Positions 12,194 to 25,559 of a stretch of 64,000 nucleotides of DNA are shown here, piece by piece; within the stretch, counting starts at the first letter, position 1, and each line of letters opens with the position of its first letter. The notes beneath the pieces were generated by a model. That model was given only the letters and a program-made list of their open reading frames with translations, was not told where the DNA came from and did no database searches. The DNA comes from Octopus vulgaris (taxonomy: Eukaryota). The position numbers and the translations under genes were made by a program. The DNA is taken from positions 49,414,001-49,478,000 of the forward strand of contig OX597819.1 of assembly GCA_951406725.2 (NCBI GenBank). The letters are read 5' to 3'.

Positions 12194-13702
12194 CATGCGT
12201 GTGTGTGTGTATGAATGTGTATGCATGCACGTGCATGCATGTGGGGTGGTCACAGCCAGAATACTTTCAATAACAGGTCTGCTTGATCATGGCTGACCAG
12301 GAGCCAAACAACGACAAAAAGAAAAATAATAGCAACAATAGCCTCAACAGCAGTAATAGCTATTACAACAACAATAGCAACAATCTGCACTGATTAGTTG
12401 CAGCAACAAAGCTAATGACTAGCAACATAAACAGTGGCAAGAAAACAAAACCCTCACTCCAACAAAGAGAAGCAAGGTAAATTTGGTTAAAGAAAGATTA
12501 AGAGTGGGATGGATGGCTGACAGAGTAAAAGCGAGAGTGTAAGGGATTGGATAAGAAAGGCAAAAGAAGCGGGGAAAGAGAGAGAGAGGTGGCAAGAAAG
12601 AAGGTGATAAATAGATAGAAGGATAGATAGATAGATTGATAGTGAAGGAAAGGTTCCTTATGTAATGTATGTTGGTTTGAGGAGCTGTAATGTTTATGGA
12701 TAAAACATTATCTCGAAGTGGGAGAGGGAGAGAGAGAGAGAGAAAGAAAGGAAGGAAGGAAGGTGGTGGGATGGCTACATCTGATTTTGTATGATATTAT
12801 ATTGATTTTCAATGCAGAGTAAATATAATTACGGAGTGGGGAGTGAGAAAGAAGGAGTAAAGAAGAAAAAGAAGTAGACAAGAGCAAGTGAAAAGAGTGT
12901 TAGAAAGAGGAGGGGAGAATAATCATCTGACACACTCTCACACACACACACACACACACAAACATACATACTGAAGAGAGTGAGAGAGTGAGAAAGAGAG
13001 ACAGACATACAGACAGAGAGAAAGTGACAAAGATATAAACTAAGAAGAAATGAGAAGAAAGACAAAAGCCATAATAACCGTTTTTAGGCAGAATGGAAAA
13101 AAAAACCAAAGGAAGAAAGGAAGGAGGAGAAGGAAGCAATAGGCTGCAGGAGGAAGAATAAAGAATAGGAGAAAGAAAAAAAGAAATTAAACCAGAAAAA
13201 AGAAAGCAGAAATTGGCTATATTACTGCTAAAAATAGAGCCTTATAAGATGATTTCCATCACTATAGCAACAGATTTAAGATTTAGTTTGTTTTTTTACA
13301 TAATGTTAGTATGTACATCATATTCCATTAGTTGTTATCTGTATAAGATGCCCTGGATATTAATCCAAGAAAACTTAAAAAGTATAATATTTAACTTCTT
13401 TTATCAACATTTAAGGATATATATATATATATATATCCTTAAATATGTGTATGTATGTATGTATGTATGAATGTATGTATGTGTATTTATATATATATGT
13501 ATGTATGTATATGCATATATATTTATGCATAGACATATGCACTCACATAAATGCACATACATATATACACAAATATGCATATATACATGTGCATACATAC
13601 ACACATATATGAATACATATATGCAAACATTTATACACACAGACACACACATATATAAATACACCTATATATATATATATATACACATATGCATCTACAT
13701 AT

Positions 13703-13736
<34 letters not shown>

Positions 13737-13778
13737 CAATAATAATTCTCTAAAAGGGATATAGACAGTAACTGCTCG

Positions 13779-14026
13779 ATAACATAAGGGACTAAAGCCA
13801 TCTGAATATGGCTAGGGACAGGGCAGGGTGGTGGGGGTGTTACTGTTGCATTTAGCCCCAGGCGAACATCGACGTCACCAGAAAGGCTCGTTTGCAGGTT
13901 AAGGGCACCGTGACGGTGTCGAGCCTTTCTGGTGACGTCGATGTTCGCCTGGGGCTAAATGCAACAGTAACACCCCACCACCCTGCCCTGTCCCTAGCCA
14001 TATTCAGATGGCTTTAGTCCCTTATG

Positions 14027-14030
<4 letters not shown>
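13779..14030. repeat. Near-perfect GC-rich hairpin, 112/111 bp arms, 29 nt loop
   Basis: 13779-13890 is the reverse complement of 13920-14030 apart from one G/C homopolymer indel. Confidence 0.97.
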
Positions 14031-14085
<55 letters not shown>

Positions 14086-14138
14086 TAGATAGATAGATAG
14101 ATAGATATGTATATATGTGTATATATCTATATATATAT

Positions 14139-14200
<62 letters not shown>

Positions 14201-14351
14201 TGAAATGTGTGTATTTTCGTGCCTTGCCTTGAGAATGCATGGTGGTTGTAAATGATTGTCACCATGGAATGATGGTGTCATCTATCTATCAATCCCTTAT
14301 GTAATGTATATCTATTACAATATATAATCCCCAAAAAATGTAGGAAAACAT

Positions 14352-14667
14352 AACAAGAAAAAACAACAGTGCGAGGATATGGTACATGCAAAATATTAAA
14401 AGATGCTCAGGGAAGGAAAGAAAAGGTGTTTTACATTTCGAGCAAAGCTTTTCTTCAGAAACAGGTGACAGAGAAAAGTCCAGGAGAAAAGGAAGACGAA
14501 GGGAAAAAAATTACCAACAATCCACATGTTGTTACATTTTGAAAATGTCTCCTGTTTCTGAAGAAGAGTTTTGCTCAAAATGTAAAACACCCTTTCTTTC
14601 CTTCCTTGAGCGTCTTTTAATATACTTTGCATGTACCACGTCCTCGTGTTGTTGATTTTTCTTTGTT
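14352..14667. mobile_element. Inverted pair of Penelope-like pseudo-LTR fragments, each with a minimal hammerhead motif
   Basis: Arms 14352-14470 and 14546-14667; hammerhead on minus at 14428-14462 and on plus at 14554-14588. Confidence 0.75.
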
Positions 14668-14999
14668 TTTTTTTAATTAACTATTTACCACATGCTGGCT
14701 TTGGAGTACCTAATTTGTGGAATCCTTTCTACCAACGTATTACATTATCTTATTGATTTGGAGTACACTATTACTATATATATATAATATACACATATGC
14801 TTAATATATACATACATTTATATAAAACTTTTACATACACACATGTATATACAAATATTTGTATATACATATACATACATATCTACACATACACACATAT
14901 TTATACATATACACACATATATATGCATATGTGTGTGAAACTTTGTAGTTTGCTAGAAGCATTGTGACAAAGAAGTAAATAGTGGTGACAGAGAGTATT

Positions 15000-15152
15000 A
15001 TATAAAGTATACATATATAAAAAATACGGAAGGTAAAATATATATATGCAAATAAAAATATACCTTCTTGATTGGCCGTTCTATATATCTGTATTTTTAT
15101 TTGTATATATATTTTTTACCTTTTGTGTTTTTTATATATGTATCCTTTATAT
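15000..15152. repeat. AT-rich inverted repeat, ~60 bp arms
   Basis: 15000-15061 versus 15092-15152. Confidence 0.75.
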
Positions 15153-15716
15153 GTTTAAGGGTCATGGTAATATTTATATGTGATCAAATGTTTGGAGGCG
15201 TGGTGTTATATATAAAGTCGTTGACTCGAATCTGACGTTTGTTCTCTGATCAATGTTTTTATCTCTGTCTCAATTACATTTGAAAACTTCTTTTTTGCAG
15301 TCTGAATGTTAAAGGTTTAATTGAAATCCTTCCTTTTCAGATGGTCACAATCAAGGTGCATTTTGCAATGTTGTGCCAAGGAATATCTGTTCCCATTAGC
15401 TTTTAATTAAGTCATTCCATTAGCTTTGGTGCATTCTTAGTTTTACATTGTGTTTCTTATAAACCCTTTTGTTTCTGTAACAACAGGCAAAAATTATTTC
15501 TTGTCATATACATACATACATACATATATATATTTTTATATATACATATCCCTCTCTCTCTTTCAGAGAGGCACAAGCACCTACACGCACATATACACAC
15601 ACGGCAGTAACTTCCACCAACCGAATTCAATCACAAAGCTCCGGTCGGCTCGGGGCTATAGTGGAAGACACCTACCCAAAGTGCCACGCAGTGGGACTGA
15701 ACCCGAAACCATGTAG

Positions 15717-15772
<56 letters not shown>

Positions 15773-17542
15773 TAACACACACACACATACACTCACATAC
15801 ACACATATAAACATACATATACCTCTGTGAGAGAGAGAGAGAGGGGAGGGAGAACAATGATGGCTATACCAGCCAAAATGTAGTGTAAAATAACTCAAAG
15901 TACATCAAAGATGAAGTTGATCATCCATAAAATGTTTGGTAAATTAACTCATCAAAGTGCAAGATGCCATTCAAAGACATTTGCAGAATAAAATAAACAA
16001 TTTTGATCTTTAACATTAAAATGAAGTTGAGAAATACAATGCAGAAATAAATTTTTTATATACCAAATGGAAAAAACATTTCCTACCAATGAAAGCAATG
16101 ATCTATGTGTGTTCTTTTATGTACCAAGTGCTTATATGAATGGATTTCTCAGGGCTAATAATGCAGTAGTCAATGTTTTAACAAGATGTCCACATTAAGT
16201 TGGACATTTAGTGTACCTTTTGATATTAATTCTACTTCTGTTACTAATAATTAATTTTTTAATAAGCTTGCAACATCAGTATCTGAAGAGATGCTGATAT
16301 TCTATACATTGTAGCAGTGAAATATGACTGGCATGGACTTCTCAAGGTTAATAATGCAGAATTCAGTGTTCTAATAAGACATCTATGCTAAGTTGGATAT
16401 AAAGATTGCATTCTCATTTGAAATAATTATATCATATACAAAGAAGACAATTTGAAGACAAGTAATGAAGAAGCCAGCTAAGTAGATAACATATCTGCAT
16501 CAAGTCCTAGGAAGGTTTTAAGTAGTTGCTTAAGAATATTTATGATTTATGATCTAAAAATTAAACTTGAATGACTTCCTAATATATACTCTATCACATT
16601 TACATGACATGATTAACGGTTGCTATCATAGACAGATCTACCATGATGAAAGATGCTTTGTATGTAAATTCCATTGGATTCAAAATAATTACTACCACAC
16701 CAGTTCATCCAATCAAAGGCACTTATACAAACTATAACAGCAAGACTGATCCACCACCTACACCAGTTTGACAAGAGCTCAGACTCCAACAACAGACTGC
16801 TAATATAACAAGAACACTGAAGATAACTCTGATACTGCTACAACTGAAAGTATTGCAAATGATGACAACTTTGAAGCACCCACAGCTGATTACAACAAAC
16901 CACATGTCATAGATCTATCTGGTTCCCTATTAACCAAGACGATATATCTACTAAATTTTGGTCCAAAATTAATTTTATTCTGCTATTTAATGACAAACTA
17001 AAGCTTGATACAGAAAGTAACTTCTGCCAAACTATATACCAACTAAAATGGATATCAGCTCTGAAATCCATTTCTCCAACCTCTAATAACACTGATCTCC
17101 TTCACTGTATGACATCGTTGACACAAAGTTGGTAGTTGGTTTCCATCTTCATAGATAGTCTTGAGTTTAGTCTTTGCATTGGGGAACAGGCCTCAATGGT
17201 ACTTACACATACTTTTCACCAAGGCTCAAAATATCTCATGATATGAACACGATACAAAAGAAGAGGTTTATGGGCATATTCCATCCATCTGTGCTATGAT
17301 TGCCTAATTCAGAGTATGCTTTGTTAGTCACTGTTATCATGCTGAACAACAGGCCATATTAAATAGTATATTCTGGAGACTTCTGTATTATAATAGATGG
17401 CAAAAATCGCTCATTATGTTGTTAGAACAGATACACAATGTAAAACTAAGAATGCACCAAAGTTAATGGGAACAGATATTCCTTGGCACAACATAGCAAA
17501 ATGCACCTTGGTTGTGACCACCTGAAAGAGAAAGATTTCAAT

Positions 17543-18158
17543 TAACCCTTTAACATTCAGATTATTCTGTCAAATGTAATGCTTATTTACTCACATTGGT
17601 TTGAATTAATTATGCATTAACTAATAACTTCAATATTTCAATGATGTGATTGGTTAGGTAGGGTAGGTGGTGCAAGAGGCCAGATTAGGCTTGTTTGAAC
17701 ATAGGCACAGGAATGGCTGTGTAGTAAGTAGCTTGCTTACCAACCACATGGTTCCTGGTTCAGTCCCACTGCATGGCACCTTTGGCAAGTGTCTTCTACT
17801 ATAGCCTCGGGCCAACCAAAGCCTTGTGAGTGAATTTGGTAGACGGAAACTGAAAGAAGCCTGTCGTATATATGTATATATATGTGTGTGTGTATGTTTG
17901 TGTGTCTGTGTTTGTCCCGCTAGCATTGCTTGACAACTGATGCTGGTGAGTTTATGTCCCTGTCACTTAGCGGTTCAGCAAAAGAGACCAATAGAATAAG
18001 TACTAGGCTTACAAAGAATAAGTCCCGGGGTTGATTTGCTCAACTAAAGGCAGTGCTCCAGCATGGCCACAGTCAAATGACTGAAACAAGTAAAAAGAGT
18101 ATAAAAAGACGTGTAATATTTGGGCCAGATATGGATGGTTTAAATGCCAAAGGGCTAA
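17543..18158. mobile_element. piggyBac-like MITE (TTAA-CCCTTT termini) interrupted by a family A SINE
   Basis: TTAACCCTTTAACATTCAGA ... AAATGCCAAAGGGCTAA; homologous to 39043-39262 and 49067-49294. Confidence 0.7.
17704..18108 (+). mobile_element. SINE family A, full length, nested in the MITE
   Basis: Same head, core and tail as 5404-5808. Confidence 0.92.
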
Positions 18159-18747
18159 ATTTTCTAACATAAAAAGCCCCTAAAAAACATTGTTTTCATT
18201 ATCAGTTTTATATCTGCATTTCACTGCTAACATAAACTGGGTGGATCATTTGAATCTAGCAAAGTGTATTTCATGATGTTACTGTTGTTTATGCTGCTGT
18301 TTAGCATCAGGTCAACCCTGATTGAACAGACTTATAAGCAAAGGAGCACCAGCCATGACCATCTATTCAGGGATCTGTGGGAGTATATTATCTAATATGT
18401 CTTTTCCTGACTTTCATAGCAGTGCTTGATTTGAGGCAGATTTGGTTGTTATTTATAGCAAGTGGAACAACCATTCAGAGACTCCCTTGTGTATTTCATG
18501 ATTGATTGTATAGACAGATGTTCTCAACAGCAGCAGCAACAACAACAACAACAAAAAGGTTAATTAACTAAGGTGTACAAGTGCATGTAGCATCATTGTC
18601 CAGTAAGGACAATTGCTAGCACTAATTGCTTTCATGTTGAGAACATTTGATAATCACTGAGAAATGTATGAAATGCTATCAATCAAAAAAATGCAAATAA
18701 GACAATATATATTTATATTTGCTAATAAAAGTATTATGAAATATGTG

Positions 18748-18984
18748 TGCGGTAATCCCTCACCATATTGTGATTCACCTATCACGGTCCACCTATCGCA
18801 GTTTATTATTTAAGCTTACACCAATTCCTCTATGGTGTTGTTTTGCATTTATATTAAAATAAATACATACAAATTATAAAAATAATTTTTAAAATATACA
18901 GTGCAGTACTGTTTCTACTTCACAGATTTTCACCTATTACCTGGGATGGAATGTAACACCCACAATAGTCAAGGGATTACAGTA
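18748..18984. mobile_element. pogo/Tigger-like MITE
   Basis: Termini CGGTAATCCCTC... and ...AAGGGATTACAG-TA. Confidence 0.6.
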
Positions 18985-19309
18985 TACTTAAGTATGTTTT
19001 AAATACAGACAATTGAATATTTCAGCATACACATTTCAAAAGATAAGTACATATACATATATCATTATGTAGATTATTTGTTGTGTGTGTATAGTATTTA
19101 TTGCTGCAAAATAAAATAAGAGCATAAATATATGTTATATGTGTGTATAGATACCTACGTGTATAAATGTATTATTATTTTGTTTTTCCATATATCTTTA
19201 TATGTAATTACTTTTAAATACTAAGACTGATAGATTATATAACTAATTAAATGTGCTGATTTAAAAAGGTTTGGAATTAATACGGCATTCCTAAGGCAAA
19301 AAGATATTG

Positions 19310-19600
19310 ACTTACTAATATTTTATGAAATTGAACAATCATTCATCTTCAAAGATGTAATGTTTAGAAATGAATCTACATGCCTCATAGCTACAATCTG
19401 CAATTTCCATACATGGATGAATATTAATTCCTTATACAAAGAGCTAAGTTTCTTATAAATCTTGTTCACACATACATCTACAACTACACTGTTGTATTGT
19501 TACGATAGCAGAGATTTTTCCAAAACTAATAATATGGCTTCCACAGAAAGATCCACCAAAAAATTTGCTAATAGGCTTCACAGAAAAACAGTTTGAATAT
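19310..19600 (+). pseudogene. Possible highly decayed Penelope-like RT fragment
   Basis: EQSFIFKDVMFRNES...LINLVH...NxGF loosely match the PLE FLDV...TLVHRA...NGFP motifs. Confidence 0.3.
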
Positions 19601-21489
19601 AAAAAGTAGAAAACCCAGCTACTTTTAGTTAAGCAATTTTCAGGCGTATTTAACTATCAAGCTTGTTAAGATTTTTATGAAACTCAAATATTGGTGCTGT
19701 TCATAATGTTTTTACGTCCTTCTGAACCTCTTTCTATATATATATATCTATAAAGATTTATTTTCCATTAAAAATATGTTATTTGAATGGTTCTGGAGTT
19801 ACATTACAAATATATATATAGAAATTATGTTCAGCTGCAAGTCATATCCGATTGAGTAGACCTACAATAAAAGATCTTTTAGCTATGCCCATTCTGTCTA
19901 TTTAGGTCTACATTATCCTATGAATTCTTCTTTGTTTAAAAACAGGAACTGTGTAATCTAAGAGATATTTGATGCTATTTCTAGCAGGTCAAGTGATCTC
20001 ATTGAGATTTTTGTACTGACTTGACAAAAACTAGGCAGTTCAGTTAGGAAAAGCAGTTACTTTATTTGTTTCAAGTAAAGTATTTACATACCTGGAAAAT
20101 AAAGTTCCATTATCCCTCTGTAATTGAATGGGTGATAATTAAAACAACATGCAAATCTAAAATATCACATTTCATTTTTAATCCCATGTGTACAAAATTA
20201 ATAGAAAACTTACTAACTAATATTATTCTACAAAATAAATTTTTTAATCCATATGAAAAGAAGAAAATTATCTAAAGTTCAAGAAAATTTTAAGTATTGC
20301 TGCTTTCTAGTTCTTAACCAAAATTTAGTTGCTTAGTTCAGAAATGGAGAAAAGGGCACATTGTAAATATCAATGAAGACAATTCAATTTGGAGAATGAA
20401 TACACTGAATGAAAAAAAAAAACACTATATGGTTGGAAAATGTTTCTTGAGTACTGATGGAATGTAGTTGTTTCAGCTCTAAAGACAAACATCAGCACAT
20501 TCAGAAGGTCAGTACAAACAAAACTACTTCATTCAACTCAGAGGATACTAAGACAATGACGTATATATCAAGATAATATTTTATATTCAAGCAATGTTTC
20601 TTATGAAAACAATGTTTTATACGAAGACAATGCTTTATATGAAAGGCCAGAAGTATAGCTTGTAGAATGAACAAACCGTATCTATTTGTATAAAAAGATT
20701 AGAGAAGGAGATATATATTTATAGTATGTGCACTCAGTATAATTTTTCTAAACTATAAAGAAATCTATTTCTAGCTTTAAAAATGGATATACAATAATAC
20801 AAAGATAAGCATCAAATAAACAAGGAATGAAAGAAACACAACAAAAGGTTAACTTTGTAAAGAGCGGACACCAGTGCACCCACTTCTACAAACAACACCC
20901 AACTTAAAGGATCACAAAAATTATATATACTACAGTTCAACTCCTCCATCAACCTCTGCTAAAAATAACAACTAAATTTTCTTTAAATCACACCATGGCA
21001 GTGCCCCAGCATGGCCACAGCTCATGAGCTAAAACTAGATGAAATAAAATGAAATAAAAATACCATCTTGAACAGAGCAGAACATGTCAAATAATGTAGT
21101 CCTATATATGCTATGTCTGAAAATAAGGAATATTCATAACTGGAATATTTTTACTGTGGAATTTTTGGATCAAAGTTAAACTAGGACTACATAATGACAA
21201 TTAAAAATAAACAAACCAACGTGGGAATTACTATATAATCACTCAATCTACTAGAAATAAGTAACAAATTTTCTTTAAATCTCACCTAACATCTTAAAAA
21301 AGGAAGGACACCTCAGACAATGTAGTTCCTGATATACAAAAAAGATAGATGGTCATATAGTAACTAATTTAGGTCAACCCAACCCTACTGGGACCCTCAT
21401 ATTCTTAGCTAAAACGACATCAGGGAGATTTGGCTTTGTTTTCACAACCCAAAAATATTTGTGTTCCATAGAGATGAGGCTGAAATACA

Positions 21490-21797
21490 TTGCTAGTGGC
21501 ATCTAAAAAACACTATTTGAGCGTCACTGATTCCATGCCACCCTTGCCAGTGGCATGTAAAATGCACCATTCGAGTGTGGCTGATGTCAGTGCTGCTTGA
21601 CTGGTGGCATGTAAAAAGCACCCACTACGCTCTCGAAGTGGTTGGCATTAAGAAGGGCATCCAGCTGTAGAAACTTTGCCAAATCAGATTGGAGCCTGGT
21701 GCTGCCTCCCAGTTTACCAGTCTTCAGTCAAACCGTCCAACCCATGCCAGCATGGAAAGCGGATGTTAAACGACAACGGTGATGTTGATGATGATGT
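21490..21797 (+). mobile_element. SINE family B with tandem TGGCATGTAAAA units
   Basis: Same organisation as 35805-36208. Confidence 0.8.
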
Positions 21798-22301
21798 ACT
21801 GCTCTCATATTTGAAATGATATAGTTCCTTAAACAACTTGCATTGTACAGGTACTTCAGAAGAAATTAATCAGTCTGATTAATAAATATTTGCTTATTAC
21901 AAATTTTTAATCTCAAGCTTTTATTTTTTTCATTCTCTGTATCATGTTTTCTCCCTGCCATGTTTATTTTACAAATCTTTTTCAATGAACTTCACTCAAC
22001 TCATTTAACATGTCACACTTCTTTTTACAAGTAATACTGTTTCGTTATATAATCTTCACATTAAAAGTTACTGACAGGTTCTTCATTCCTATGACTACAA
22101 TTTTGTGGAGCTCTTCCTTACTACATGGTTCCAGGTTCAATCCTACTGAGCAGCATTTTGAACACATATCTACTACTATAGCCTCAGGTCAACCAAAGAC
22201 TTGGGAATGAATTGGGTTGACAGAAATTAAAAGAAGCCTGAAAACATTGCAAGAATACACACACACACACACACACACGCACAAATACACACACATATAC
22301 A

Positions 22302-22337
<36 letters not shown>

Positions 22338-23020
22338 CACGCACACACACATATACACAAAGGAGGACATAGACCCCATTCAATAAATGCTTTTAAGCCA
22401 CTCCCTTGGCAGGAACCCACAAAAATTTTTTAGACAATAGACAACTAAAACCCCTCTCTAGCACCTTGAACTCTATACCAAACTATATTTAAAGAAGACT
22501 TCAATGAAAAACTCCAGACATGTTTTTAAACTGTTTTTATTTCAAACTTTTATAAATCTTTACTAATATTTGATAAGATGAGATTCATCATCAAAACCAG
22601 TAATATTCTATATTTTCTTTATATAATTTTAAAATCATTTTATCAAATTCTTTCTAAATTGTTATGTCTTAGATTTACTTCTGTGCTATTTCCACCTCCA
22701 TCTTTTATATATAAAAATTTGATTTGTATAAATCTCTAATCTTTTTTTCAACTATATATATATATATATATATATATCATCATCATCATAATTTAATGTC
22801 CGTTTTTCCATGCTGGCAAGGGTTGGACGGTTCGACTGGGGTCTGGGAAGCCAGGAGGCTGCACCAGGCCCCAATCTGATTTGGCAGTGTTTCTACAGCT
22901 GGATGCCCTTCCACTCTGAGAGTGTAGTGGGTGCACAGAGACCAGAGGAGTTGGCATTGACCACAATCAGATGGTGCTTTTCATATGCCACAGGCATGGA
23001 AATATATATATATATATATA

Positions 23021-23215
23021 TGTATAATGAGAAAAAATGAGGCAGTCAGAATTTTGGATAATCCTTTATTAGTGTTTTTGTTCATTTACACACTTGTCAC
23101 GACAAAATCAAAATGGTCCACCATTTTGATTTTGCCTTGACAAGTCCATAAACAAATGAAAACGCTAATAAAGGATTATCCAAAATTCTGACTGCTTCAT
23201 TTTTCTCAATATACA
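23021..23215. repeat. Almost loop-less palindrome, ~95 bp arms
   Basis: Centre AAAATGGT-CC-ACCATTTT near 23118; arms reverse-complementary with some mismatches; follows (TA)n. Confidence 0.93.
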
Positions 23216-24176
23216 ATATCTGTACACCACTTCAAGCACTTTATTACATACGTATGTGTGTGTATGTGTAAATAAAATTCATATTAGATAATTACATGAA
23301 AAGATGAGCAAGGTACCAATGTTTTGCTTTCTTTTGCAACAATCAAAGCTGCCTAAGATAGTTCTGATATATGTTTAGATATATAGGTTTGTTTAGTGTA
23401 TGAAAATATTTTTATTATGTTATAAAAAGATGTTCCATCAGTATCTGTTAGATGGCATGTAATAAAACTAAACTAACATTGAAGCTGAAACAATCCCAGA
23501 AAACAGAACAATATTTTTTTCATAATTGGAATCTTATGTTGTATGCTATCAAAACTAAATAAATGATGCCAAAAATAGATACATACCAATGAATTTTCTA
23601 GTACTTTTATAACTATAACTTGAATACAGAGATATACTCCTAGAGCTGTTTATACAAATATACAAGCCACAAGTAGATCTCTATTTATAACTATATTGCT
23701 ATTATATTAGTAGGGAATATATTATGGAAATATAGTTCTAGAAAATCTGACACCAATTCAAGAAACTTTCAGTTCAGTTATCAGTGAAATACTTAAGATT
23801 TTTCTCATCTCATGAGTACTTTAAAGTTATATTATATTTCTGATCTCTTTTTTGTTAGTTTGTTCTTAGTATTATGTATTATTAAAAGTGGAATTTTCTT
23901 CTTTTTTCAGGTGGGCATAGGAAAGTATTTCTCAAGTAAATTAACTATTATATTTAATGTATATATATATATATATATATATATCTTATAATTAATTGGG
24001 CTGCACCCCTGAGGTTTCCATTGGTTGATGACCTGGCAAATTATCCAACTCCACCAAAACCTTCATCGTGAGAAATCTTGAGAGACCCTTTACTCACAAT
24101 CAGGAGGGGAAAATGAGAGAAAAAAAACACTTATCAGAGCAGAACCCAAAAATCATGATACAAAATTTTATTTATA

Positions 24177-25448
24177 CACAGACATGCAGGAAGTATATAG
24201 ACACCTTTCATTTTTCAAAATTTCTGATCTAAGTGTCTTAATATTTTTTCAGAGGTGTAGAATTTACAATGTAATTATTCTTTTTCATTCCAGGTGCCAT
24301 TATATTAAACATTTATGAAGAGTAACTATGCTACACATAAAAAATTCAGCAGAACTGTCAGGTTTTCAAAGGTCATATTGTTGGGCAATCTTAGTCTGGT
24401 CTTAGCCAGCGGAAAATTGCCAAAAATCTTCAAATTCCTCTTGCTACTGTTAATAGATTTATAGTGCAATTCAAAAGCCAAGGAAAAGAATCAACAGATT
24501 CTTGTCCTGGCTGACTTTGGCCCTTGGAAAGGAAGCTTCACTGTTTGAAGAGAACTGTGGCAAACGAATCCCGTTTGAAGGCTTCTGACATTGCAAAACA
24601 GAAGTTAGTCCAAGAACGTGTGTTACATATCTGCATAAGCTTGGATATTATGGACAAGCAGCTAGAAGAAAATATCTCCTTCAACCAATTAATATCATGA
24701 AAAGAAAGAAATTGGCTAAGGAGATGTCAGAAATATCCAGTTCATTTTGGGATAGAATGATTTTCTCAGATGAATCCAGATTTGCATTATTATCAGACAG
24801 TGGAGTGTTTAGGTCTGGAGGCTTCCCAATCAAGAATTTGATTTGAAACGACTCTAACCAATTGTGAAACATGGCGGTATTACTGTAATGGTATGTGGGG
24901 CTGTCACCAGCAATGGTTGTTCTGAGATGATCGAATGTGTTGGAACCATAAACTCTGAAATATATATCAAAATACTTAAGTAAGGACTACTTCCAATGTA
25001 TTTACAAGATAACATAACGAAAAATGAGTTTTAATTCATGGAAGATGGGGCTCCATGCCACACAGTGTAAAGGAATCAACAATGGCTGACTGAAAATGGG
25101 ATCAAAAAGCTTCCTTGGCAGAGCCAATCTCCTGACATGAACCCAATTGAAAATTGTTGGAGCATACTACATAAAGCTATATGAAAAACTCAACAGAAAC
25201 CAAAATCTAAAGAGGAATTGTTTTGATTGTTGTGTGAAAAGTGGGCAGAAATTCCACTAGGGACTATCACAAAGCTCATCAGTTCAATGCCAAAAAGAGT
25301 TTCTGAATTAAAAACTGCAAAGGGAATGTCAACTAAATACTAAAGTAGGTAGCCCTACCTATCGATTACATTTCAATTGTTCACTTTTGCGTATTAAATA
25401 AAAGATTTTGAAAATTAAAGGTGTCTATTTACTTCCTGATTGTCTGTG
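24177..25448 (+). mobile_element. Tc1-like (DD34E) DNA transposon, full length, decayed transposase
   Basis: TIRs CACAGAC..CAGGAAGTA.ATAGACACCTTT, TA TSD both sides; [46 protein letters not shown]. Confidence 0.92.
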
Positions 25449-25559
25449 TAGCTATGACTTTACATATGCCACACAAAATCATGAAGAGCAACATGTTACT
25501 CAAAATATTACAAACTACCTGTGTCTAGGCTACATAGATTTATTCATTCAGACATAGTA

